In this document: one piece after another, positions 36,885 to 44,790 of the stretch
Numbering within the stretch: position 1 is the stretch's first letter
Layout of the letters: each line of letters opens with the position of its first letter
Source: Patescibacteria group bacterium
Lineage (GTDB): Bacteria > Patescibacteriota > Minisyncoccia > Moranbacterales > GWC2-37-73
Direction of reading: 5' to 3'
Assembly: GCA_036391995.1 (NCBI GenBank)
Contig: DASVYU010000015.1
Coordinates: forward strand, 350-64,349
Length of the DNA stretch: 64,000 nt
Made by a program: the position numbers and the translations under genes
Notes under the pieces: generated by a model
Told to the model about the DNA's origin: nothing
Databases searched by the model: none
The model's input: the letters and a program-made list of their open reading frames with translations, nothing else

Positions 36885-38249
36885 TTAAAAATAATTATCA
36901 GTAAGATCGTTTTGGAAAATTATAGTGTCACCGCTTTTTATAACGCTGCCAAGATCAGCATGCGCTTGCTCGGTATTCTCGTAAAGCCGTAAATTTTCAA
37001 ATTTTTCTTCTTGGAGCCCCTCGATAATATATGGCGTCATGGGTGATTTTATAAGTAACACCTGATCAGCCTCATGAGCATACAGCCTCCCAATTTCCCT
37101 GTGTATTGCAGGCATGGCATCTCCAAGCTCAACAATGCCAGGCGTAAGAACCAGCTTTCTACCTCCAGCTCTGGAAAGTACCTTTATTCCACTTTTAATG
37201 CCATCAAAATTGCCATTATAGCTGTCATCGATAACCATGACGTTGGTGGCACTATTGTACAGCGGCTCCAAACGATGCGCAACCGGTTTTATTCCACTCA
37301 CAGCATCACTTATTTCACCCATAGACATGCCTAGCTTTTTCGCAATAACACTGCACAGCAGTATGAGTGTGATATTATGTTCAGCCAAAAGCTTCGTTTG
37401 AAAATCACAATTATCATAACTAAATTTCAAACCCTTGAAATTTTCCAACGCCTCAATATTGCCAGCTGATCCCAAAGAAATACCCGATGTGTTTTTCAAG
37501 TCAAATCTTTCCGAATTGTCCCTGACATTAACATCGTCTAAATTCAAAACCGATAAAGCTTTTGTGTTTTGAGGTAATTCGAATTTTGTCTGTATAGTAT
37601 TATCAATGTTTCCGAAACGTTCAAGATGGGCTTCGTTTATGCCTGTTAAAATCGAATAGTCAGGCTTCACCATATTGCATATCGCTGCGATCTCCCCTTT
37701 GCAATATGCTCCCATCTCAACGATAAATACTTGGCTTTTTTGAATCTGCTCCTTCTTTCTTATTATGAAATCCGCTATCCCAATATCCGTATTCACATTC
37801 TCAGGAGTTTTTATTACGGAAAATTTCTTCTCCAGAATATGAGCCAGAATTTCCTTGGTGCTTGTTTTACCATAACTTCCAGTAATGCCTACGATCTCAA
37901 TGCCAGCCTGAGAAAGAATGCTTTTTGCTGAGCCTATTCTTTTGTTTTTAAGAATTTCATCTACCGGCATTATCAAAACAAGCGAAATTCCTATCACAAA
38001 AGGAAGTAAAGCAAGGAGTGCGGCCACGATAAAAAATCCATACCATCCAAAAAACGAAAAACCAATAATGCTTGCACTGATAAGTATAGCCCATGTAATA
38101 ATCTGGAGAAGTCGCGCTTTGGCTGTCCAGGTTATTTTTTGCCGCTGCTCAAGTTCCCACCATTCCAAATGACTGTAGGCGAATTTCAAAAACCGCGAAA
38201 AATAATAATTTTCGCTTTGCAGTATATAAATAAGATTTCTAATAATCAT
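36885..38249 (-). CDS. murF: Mur ligase family protein (MurF-like) with hydrophobic N-terminal segment
   Basis: 454 aa. GITGSYGKTSTKEIL P-loop and Mur ligase middle/C domains, co-oriented after ddl. About 100 N-terminal residues contain two predicted TM helices. Confidence 0.65.
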   Translation of the reverse strand: MIIRNLIYILQSENYYFSRFLKFAYSHLEWWELEQRQKITWTAKARLLQIITWAILISASIIGFSFFGWYGFFIVAALLALLPFVIGISLVLIMPVDEILKNKRIGSAKSILSQAGIEIVGITGSYGKTSTKEILAHILEKKFSVIKTPENVNTDIGIADFIIRKKEQIQKSQVFIVEMGAYCKGEIAAICNMVKPDYSILTGINEAHLERFGNIDNTIQTKFELPQNTKALSVLNLDDVNVRDNSERFDLKNTSGISLGSAGNIEALENFKGLKFSYDNCDFQTKLLAEHNITLILLCSVIAKKLGMSMGEISDAVSGIKPVAHRLEPLYNSATNVMVIDDSYNGNFDGIKSGIKVLSRAGGRKLVLTPGIVELGDAMPAIHREIGRLYAHEADQVLLIKSPMTPYIIEGLQEEKFENLRLYENTEQAHADLGSVIKSGDTIIFQNDLTDNYF

Positions 38250-39016
38250 GATGTTTGCGGAAAAAATTTCTTATCAAATTCCGTCTTGTTATCCAAAAAC
38301 ACGTAGTGTCCAGCCTCGGGAATCACGAACAGCTCTGAATTTTCCAGGAGCTCATTCATGAGACGCGCGTCCGAAACTGGCGTTTCCTTGTCATTCTCTC
38401 CCCAAATAAGCACTGCTTTCGCTTTCACGCTTCTCATGTCTTCACGCAAGTCATTATTGATGACATTTTGAAAAGTAGCTGCCATTTCTCCCGCATTTAT
38501 ATAATCTTCGCTGCCGATAGCAGAGTAGAATCCTTTTCGTATTTTTAGCCTTAGATCCTTCAATACCGGCAATGCAAAAAATATATTGAATATTCTCGCA
38601 CCTATCTTATAGAAAAAGATTTTAGTGTTTTTATTCCTAATTCCAGCACTGCCGATCAAAACAATTTTTTCAACCTCAGGATGAGCTGAGCAGTATTTAA
38701 TGATTACACTTCCCCCAAATGAATGTCCAACAAAAATGGCTTTTTTTATCTTGTTTTTCTCCAGAAATTTCTCCAAGAAATCCGAGTAATCCTTGGTTGT
38801 CCATGCATTTTTAGGGACTTCACTTTTTCCAAATCCTGGAAGATCGATTGCGATAAAATTTTCACATTGGGAAAATACTCCTTTCAAATGCATCGCCTGT
38901 GAACCCCAGCCATGCAAAAAAACAAGCGTTTTTTCATTATCCAACAAGTCGCTTTGATAAAAATGCACCTTGAGATTGTCTATTATCACGCTCTTTTCAA
39001 TCATTTTTTTGTGCAA
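38246..39016 (-). CDS. alpha/beta-fold hydrolase
   Basis: 256 aa. LVFLHGWGSQ and the nucleophile elbow GHSFGG. Confidence 0.75.
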   Translation of the reverse strand: MHKKMIEKSVIIDNLKVHFYQSDLLDNEKTLVFLHGWGSQAMHLKGVFSQCENFIAIDLPGFGKSEVPKNAWTTKDYSDFLEKFLEKNKIKKAIFVGHSFGGSVIIKYCSAHPEVEKIVLIGSAGIRNKNTKIFFYKIGARIFNIFFALPVLKDLRLKIRKGFYSAIGSEDYINAGEMAATFQNVINNDLREDMRSVKAKAVLIWGENDKETPVSDARLMNELLENSELFVIPEAGHYVFLDNKTEFDKKFFPQTS

Positions 39017-39653
39017 TTCGCTTGATTATATTTTCAGCCTCCTTGAGGCTGTGCACTTCGAAATTGCAACACTCCTCTCTTGCCATCTCCTGATAGCGTC
39101 CTTCTGGACGCTTCACGAAGATCGTGATGATGTCTGGGAATTTTTCTTTCACGTCATGGATCTGCTCTATGCGGTCATCCAGAAAGAAGATTTTTTCATT
39201 TTTTGAAGCGCATTCTTTTTCCAAAATGTTTTCGATTTCTTCAGCCTTGGAGCTTTCTGTGATGACAATATCCTTTATATATTCAGAAATCTTGGAATTC
39301 ATGATCTTCTTGGTCTGGAATTCCTTTTCGCCAAAGGAGACTATGCATATATTCCCATCACCAATTTCATGAACAAATCCTGGGACATCTGCAAATACAT
39401 ACGCCGACATGTCAGCTATATATTCATTCACCAGCCTCGTCAACTTCTCCGCATCGATTCCCATTTCTCCATTGATGCGCTTGATCTGCTTCCACGGATC
39501 AAAAGTCTTGATGGCCCGAGTGTCATTGGGATCATTGTAATATTTGTCGAAAATATCAGTCGGAACGCCGTTTTCCAGAAACATATTCTTAAAATCCTCC
39601 TTGAATCGTTTTGTGTTGAAGATGACGTCGTCGAAATCTATGAATACTTTCAT
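38997..39653 (-). CDS. HAD-superfamily hydrolase
   Basis: 218 aa. Motif I FIDFDDVIFNT. Confidence 0.65.
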   Translation of the reverse strand: MKVFIDFDDVIFNTKRFKEDFKNMFLENGVPTDIFDKYYNDPNDTRAIKTFDPWKQIKRINGEMGIDAEKLTRLVNEYIADMSAYVFADVPGFVHEIGDGNICIVSFGEKEFQTKKIMNSKISEYIKDIVITESSKAEEIENILEKECASKNEKIFFLDDRIEQIHDVKEKFPDIITIFVKRPEGRYQEMAREECCNFEVHSLKEAENIIKRIAQKND

Positions 39654-39659
39654 GCCTTT

Positions 39660-40196
39660 TTATGATAATATTTTCAAAATCCAAATGGTCAAGAATCCAT
39701 ATCCAGTCCCAAGAATAATGCCAGCCAATATATCCGTAGGATAATGCATCCCATTGCGCAAACGCGACCAACCAATAAGAAAAGCAACAAGAATGGCACT
39801 TAACCAAAGGAAAGGATAGAAATGGACAAGCACAATAAGACCCCCAACCATGCTGGACATGTGCGATGAAGGAAAAGATGAATCTGAAAATCTCCTGCCT
39901 ATCGGCTGGATTTCTTCAGGATACCTTTTGTAAGGCCTCATGCGAGAAAGAGCCAAGGCGCGCGCGCCACGTTTTAAAACAAGTTCACTAACAATGAAAT
40001 GAACCAAGAAAACAATCGCCAGGCCAGAACCCACAACCACAGCAGAGAGTATGTTATTCGAAGCAATCGCTACAAGCACAACCAGCCAAAAAACCACCAA
40101 CATAGTTATGTTACTGATCGCCCTACTCAGCGGATCGAAGAATTTCAATCTTCTGCCGTTTAGATATTTGACTATTTTTTTCTCTAAATTATGCAT
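39660..40196 (-). CDS. PAP2-family lipid phosphatase
   Basis: SFPSSHMS and HYPTDILAG PAP2 motifs, with multiple TMs. Start set at MHNLEKK to avoid the 80-nt overlap implied by the longer ORF. Confidence 0.7.
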   Translation of the reverse strand: MHNLEKKIVKYLNGRRLKFFDPLSRAISNITMLVVFWLVVLVAIASNNILSAVVVGSGLAIVFLVHFIVSELVLKRGARALALSRMRPYKRYPEEIQPIGRRFSDSSFPSSHMSSMVGGLIVLVHFYPFLWLSAILVAFLIGWSRLRNGMHYPTDILAGIILGTGYGFLTIWILKILS

Positions 40197-40204
40197 AATC
40201 GATT

Positions 40205-41656
40205 TTACAATACACTCATGATCACCATGACCACAAGCGCCACGGCCATAGCCAAAACTCCAAGCCATCCGAAAATCCTGACCCATCCGGGATGACGCTC
40301 TTCTCCCATCACCTTCGGATCATCTCCCACTTTCATAATCAGATAGAGCAAAGGCACCGCGATCACACCATTAAGAAAAGCTGAATAATAAAGGGCAGTA
40401 ATCGGATTGATGCTGAAGAAATTGAAAAGTCCTCCGAAAATGATCGAAAGCGCAATGACAACATAAAATCCTTTAGCTTGAGAGAACTTGAGTTCCAAAC
40501 CCTCATTCCAATTGAGCACCTCAGCCAAAGCATACGCTCCACTGCCTGCCAGCACTGGAATGGCCAACAGTCCTGTGCCTATGATACCCATGGCAAAAAG
40601 TGCTGCCGCATGTTTGCCAGCAAATGGCGCCAATGCCAAGGCTGCATCTTGAGCTGAATCTATATTGGTAATGCCATGAGTGAACAAAACTTGCGCTGTC
40701 GTCAAAACAATGAAGAAGAAAACGACGTTCGCCAAAAGCATTCCGGTATAAACATCTGTGCGCATATGAGTTATGCGATCTCGCATACCGCGCTTCATGT
40801 GTTTGCTGCCAGTCAAAAGCTTGCCCTCTTCCACTTCTTCGGATGCTTGCCAGAAGAAAAGATATGGCGTTATCGTCGTCCCGAAAACTGCCACCATGGC
40901 AAAAAGATAATCCTTGTTTAATGAAAGATGTGGAACAAAAGCATTCTTTAAAACATCAATCCAGTGAGGATTAGCCATGATGCCAGTAGCAATATAAGCA
41001 AAGACAGAAATAGTCAAAAACTTCAGCACTCTCACATAGAGGTGATATTCCACCAATATCTCCAGCAACGTTATCACAGCCGTTAGAACGATTATTATCA
41101 TGTAGAAGCTTACGTTCGTAAACATACCTATGGAAGCAGCCATAGCTCCCAGATCAGCTCCGATATTCACAATGTTAGCAATGAGCAGCAATGTGACAGC
41201 ACTTATCAATACTTTGCGGTTATAGTGAAGTTTCAGCACGCCCGCCAAACCCTTGTTTGTCACAACTCCTATGCGAGCACAAACTTCCTGGATTGCCGTC
41301 ATGACCGGCAAAAGCCAAGCGGCCATCCACAAGATCGAGAGTCCAAAAGCTGCTCCCACAGAAGAATATGTTCCAATACCTCCCGGATCATCATCAGAAG
41401 CCCCGGTCACAAGTCCCGGACCAAGCGCTTTCACAAACAAACGCGCCCTGCTCAGCGGCGTGCCTATGAGTTTCTTGGCGATCGCCACTTCAGGCGCAGC
41501 AATACGGATCGTGCCATCCACTGCCCGCACCACTCCGATTTCACCAAGAACCAACAGTTTCTTGGCCAAGATCAATGGAATGCCCAATTCGCGGCGGAAT
41601 TCCGAAAGAGTGAGGAGCTTGGTTTCATTTCCCGGCTGAGAATTTTGTTTTTCCAT
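40205..41656 (-). CDS. NRAMP-family divalent metal cation transporter with about 60-aa N-terminal extension
   Basis: 483 aa. ALGPGLVTGASDDDPGGIGTYSS matches the Nramp DPGN-region motif; about 11 TMs. Confidence 0.8.
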   Translation of the reverse strand: MEKQNSQPGNETKLLTLSEFRRELGIPLILAKKLLVLGEIGVVRAVDGTIRIAAPEVAIAKKLIGTPLSRARLFVKALGPGLVTGASDDDPGGIGTYSSVGAAFGLSILWMAAWLLPVMTAIQEVCARIGVVTNKGLAGVLKLHYNRKVLISAVTLLLIANIVNIGADLGAMAASIGMFTNVSFYMIIIVLTAVITLLEILVEYHLYVRVLKFLTISVFAYIATGIMANPHWIDVLKNAFVPHLSLNKDYLFAMVAVFGTTITPYLFFWQASEEVEEGKLLTGSKHMKRGMRDRITHMRTDVYTGMLLANVVFFFIVLTTAQVLFTHGITNIDSAQDAALALAPFAGKHAAALFAMGIIGTGLLAIPVLAGSGAYALAEVLNWNEGLELKFSQAKGFYVVIALSIIFGGLFNFFSINPITALYYSAFLNGVIAVPLLYLIMKVGDDPKVMGEERHPGWVRIFGWLGVLAMAVALVVMVIMSVL

Positions 41657-41673
41657 CTTGATATGAATGAAAT

Positions 41674-42696
41674 TTAAATGATTTCTTTTATGATATTCTC
41701 ATATTCCCCCAATTCCAAAATAAGCATCAACACCTTGGCCAACTTGTCACTGTCATGACGTATGAGCGATCTTTTAATCAAGGTATCTCCTTTTTTTTGA
41801 GCAATTCCTTTATTTCGCAGCAGGTCAGCGCATACGATCCTGCAGTGCCTATCAGTACGCTTATCTCTATCAAACCGAACAATCAATTCCCGCTGCATTT
41901 TGTATTTTTCCACAAGAATCTTATTGGGCTGTTTCATATTGAAAGTCACAAAATCAATCCTTTCGCTGCCCAAATATTTGTTCATGGCATCCACATAGTC
42001 ATCCAAATCAAAATTTTCCGTATGCCCTTCTTTATTGACCAAATTGCAGTTATAAATAACCGTGGCTTTCGATTTTCTTATCGCCTCAGAAATCCCTTTT
42101 ACCAAAAAATTAGGAACAATGCTTGAATAATGATTACCAGGTCCAATGATTATCACGTCAGCTTCAGCAATTCTTTTTAAAGCCAAAGGATTGGCTTTCA
42201 CTACAGAGGAATACCCCAGAGTAAACTTGGAATTTTTCTGAATAGCATAAGTGTCGATGTTTGCCTGTCCAACCAGAATCTTTTTATTACCAACTTTAAC
42301 ACAAAGACGAGCATCCTGATTAGTAACAGGAATAACCTCCCCTTTCACATTTAAAATTTTTATGGCTTCCCTTACTCCTTTGGAAAATCCGCCGCTTGTC
42401 TTTTCTAAGGCAGATAGGAGCAGATTTCCAAAACTATGGCCTTTAAGTCCGCCTTCTTCAAAGCGGTAATTCATCAGTTCACGCAAAGTCTCGGAAGAAT
42501 CACTCAGGGCCACCAAACATTGCCTCACATCTCCCGGCGGCAGCACGCCCAATTCATCGCGCAGCACGCCGGTTGATCCGCCGTCATCAGCCATAGAAAC
42601 AATGGCCGTGATATCTACGGGATATTTCTTGAGACCGCTCAGCAGCGTGAAGCTGCCAGTCCCTCCACCGATTGTAACGATTTTTTTTCTTTTCAT
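41674..42696 (-). CDS. YvcK/CofD-family protein (gluconeogenesis factor-like, UPF0052)
   Basis: 340 aa. IVTIGGGTGSFTLLSGLK...AIVSMADDGGSTG. Confidence 0.75.
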   Translation of the reverse strand: MKRKKIVTIGGGTGSFTLLSGLKKYPVDITAIVSMADDGGSTGVLRDELGVLPPGDVRQCLVALSDSSETLRELMNYRFEEGGLKGHSFGNLLLSALEKTSGGFSKGVREAIKILNVKGEVIPVTNQDARLCVKVGNKKILVGQANIDTYAIQKNSKFTLGYSSVVKANPLALKRIAEADVIIIGPGNHYSSIVPNFLVKGISEAIRKSKATVIYNCNLVNKEGHTENFDLDDYVDAMNKYLGSERIDFVTFNMKQPNKILVEKYKMQRELIVRFDRDKRTDRHCRIVCADLLRNKGIAQKKGDTLIKRSLIRHDSDKLAKVLMLILELGEYENIIKEII

Positions 42697-42833
42697 TTAC
42701 CCTGTTAAATAAGATTTGAATCTCTTTTTCAGAAAAACAACTTATCAAATTACGTTTTGTTTATTTTAATTTCATTCACTCTGATAAATATCCTTTATTC
42801 AAATCTTAATTTTATTTTTTTAAAAAAATAAAA

Positions 42834-43523
42834 TTATTTAACAGGGTGAAATTTTTCTATTATTTTTTGCGCCTTCTCGAGATCTTCTGGATTGCCTATT
42901 GGAAACCAGCCAGTGGCTTTTTCTACAACAATTTTATGCTTATCCATCATTTTTATCATGGTTTGAGGTAAGCCGTATTCCCCGTTGGGTATTCTAACCA
43001 ATGGATAATTGAAAAAATCCTTGTTCAATTTATACAGGGCAATATTTGCCAGAGCCGGTGCTGGAATATCAGGATTTTCAACAATATCACTGAGATTATT
43101 CTTTTCGTCGAAATATATTACTCCGAATCTTTTCGGCTCTTCAACTTCCAAGCCCAGCACGGCCAGTTTGTGCTGCATGACTCGCTCTATATCTTTCTTC
43201 ATGTAAAGATCATCTCCCATCATCACCAGAAAATCATTGCGAAGAATGTCTTTAGCCAGATGCAATGCCGCACCACTGCCTTCCAGTTTTTCCTGCACGA
43301 CGTAGGAAATTTTCTTGCCCGCATACTCATTGCCAAAATATCTCTGGATTTGATCCCGAAGATATCCAACAACAAGAATAACTTCATCCACTTCTTCAGG
43401 TAGCGTTTCTATCTTATACGCCAAAATGGGTTTTCCTTTTATTTCAAGCATCGGCTTGGGGGTGTCTACAGTGAGCTGCCCCATGCGAGTCCCTCTGCCA
43501 GCCGCCAATATCACGATCTGCAT
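42834..43523 (-). CDS. sugar-phosphate nucleotidyltransferase
   Basis: 229 aa. MQIVILAAGRGTRMG ... PKPMLEI. Confidence 0.75.
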   Translation of the reverse strand: MQIVILAAGRGTRMGQLTVDTPKPMLEIKGKPILAYKIETLPEEVDEVILVVGYLRDQIQRYFGNEYAGKKISYVVQEKLEGSGAALHLAKDILRNDFLVMMGDDLYMKKDIERVMQHKLAVLGLEVEEPKRFGVIYFDEKNNLSDIVENPDIPAPALANIALYKLNKDFFNYPLVRIPNGEYGLPQTMIKMMDKHKIVVEKATGWFPIGNPEDLEKAQKIIEKFHPVK

Positions 43524-43564
43524 AAGCGTCTTCCATATAATTACCTTTTTATTCTAACAAAAAA

Positions 43565-43607
43565 GAGCCTTTTGTACACATGGATTACCACTTTGTACAA
43601 AAGGCTC
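43565..43607 (-). terminator. intrinsic terminator ending the HTH/sigma-r4 two-gene unit
   Basis: 14-bp perfect stem gagccttttgtaca/tgtacaaaaggctc, followed on the minus strand by ttttttgtt. Confidence 0.6.
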
Positions 43608-43612
43608 GAATT

Positions 43613-44221
43613 TCACTCCACAAAGGATTTCAATTTGTAAGCTCGCGATGGATGGCGAAGTTTCCTCATGGCCTTAACAAAAATTTGCCTCACCCTTTGG
43701 GATGTAACATCAAATTCCGGCGCTATGAGTATGAAGCTTTTATTATAATCCTCGCCTCCTATACCAAAATACATTCTAACAATACGTTCCTCACGCGGAG
43801 TTAATGTTGACAGCACAAAATCGATCTTTTCCTTGAGATTGTTCAACTCATATACTTCGTACTGTTCAGGCTCTACAGCAATTTGGGTGCATTTATGAAA
43901 TGATATATGCTCAGCTCTCATTTCAATAGACAGGCTTGTTTTTTCTAGACTGTACAACTCCAAGGGAAAAAGCCAGTCCACATCAACAAAGAAAATATCC
44001 GCCAAACGTTGGCACATAGTCCTATATTTCCCAGTTGTTTTACGAATTGGGGATTTTTTAAGGTTTATGTATAAGCCAAGTTCCGTGTGGCCAAATGCCT
44101 TTTCCTGACAAAAACTTGCAACTGACGGAAAGCTTCCCAAAATGAGATCGAGCAGCCTCTTGTTGTGCAGTGAAATATCCAAGCGAAGCTCGCTTCCGGC
44201 CATTATTTCTTCCTTATTCAT
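43613..44221 (-). CDS. protein with C-terminal sigma-70 region 4 (HTH) domain and unrecognised N-terminal domain
   Basis: 202 aa. C-terminus REERIVRMYFGIGGEDYNKSFILIAPEFDVTSQRVRQIFVKAMRKLRHPSRAYKLKSFVE is a textbook sigma70 r4.2. No regions 2 or 3 are present. Confidence 0.65.
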   Translation of the reverse strand: MNKEEIMAGSELRLDISLHNKRLLDLILGSFPSVASFCQEKAFGHTELGLYINLKKSPIRKTTGKYRTMCQRLADIFFVDVDWLFPLELYSLEKTSLSIEMRAEHISFHKCTQIAVEPEQYEVYELNNLKEKIDFVLSTLTPREERIVRMYFGIGGEDYNKSFILIAPEFDVTSQRVRQIFVKAMRKLRHPSRAYKLKSFVE

Positions 44222-44681
44222 GACTTCCCTCCATTATTTTCATTGGAATTGGTATGCCTGATAGCGGTTCTGTGCAGTAACTTTCCATCAAGGAAATCAG
44301 TTTCGGCAATTCTTCCAATGTCGCAGGTCTTTCTGTTTTTGAACATTTTACCTTTAGGTACATATCGATAGGAAAAAGCTCTTCAACTTCGACATTGAAA
44401 TATTCTGCGATTTTCAATGCTGCATGAATATATTCGCCCGACCTGCCAAACCGGCTATTTTTAGAATGCATTGGAATGATTTTTATATTCAAAAGATCAC
44501 CAATAACATTCTGACCAATGCCGATCTTTCTTGAAAAAGCTGCTACATTAACCCTTCCTTTTCCTCCAAATCCATGCTCCTTCATGAGCCCAAAGAGACG
44601 ATTGTTTCTTGTACATGCTCTTATAAGCACTTCTTCCTGGTGAAGCTGTTCCATGGCGAAATCCTCCTTATCATGATCCAC
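44214..44681 (-). CDS. XRE-family helix-turn-helix protein
   Basis: 155 aa. VNVAAFSRKIGIGQNVIGDLLN ... YIHAALKIAEYFNVEVEELF. Overlaps the downstream gene by 8 nt. Confidence 0.5.
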   Translation of the reverse strand: MDHDKEDFAMEQLHQEEVLIRACTRNNRLFGLMKEHGFGGKGRVNVAAFSRKIGIGQNVIGDLLNIKIIPMHSKNSRFGRSGEYIHAALKIAEYFNVEVEELFPIDMYLKVKCSKTERPATLEELPKLISLMESYCTEPLSGIPIPMKIMEGSHE

Positions 44682-44689
44682 AAAAATGG

Positions 44690-44725
44690 ATGTTTGTTAA
44701 ACAACGCCTTACTCTAGCAAATATC
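44690..44725 (-). promoter_or_regulatory. putative promoter (TTGACA-17 bp-TAGAGT) for the HTH/sigma-r4 unit
   Basis: Minus strand: cTTGACAaagacgatgatatttgcTAGAGTaagg, immediately downstream of the leuS terminator. Confidence 0.45.
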
Positions 44726-44737
44726 ATCGTCTTTGTC

Positions 44738-44768
44738 AAGCAAAAAACCGCCTTAATAGGCGGTTTTT
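44738..44768 (-). terminator. intrinsic terminator after leuS
   Basis: aaaaaaccgcc-ttaata-ggcggtttttt: a perfect 7-bp stem with flanking A and T runs. Confidence 0.7.
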
Positions 44769-44790
44769 TGCTTTAGATAAGCCTAGTTTT

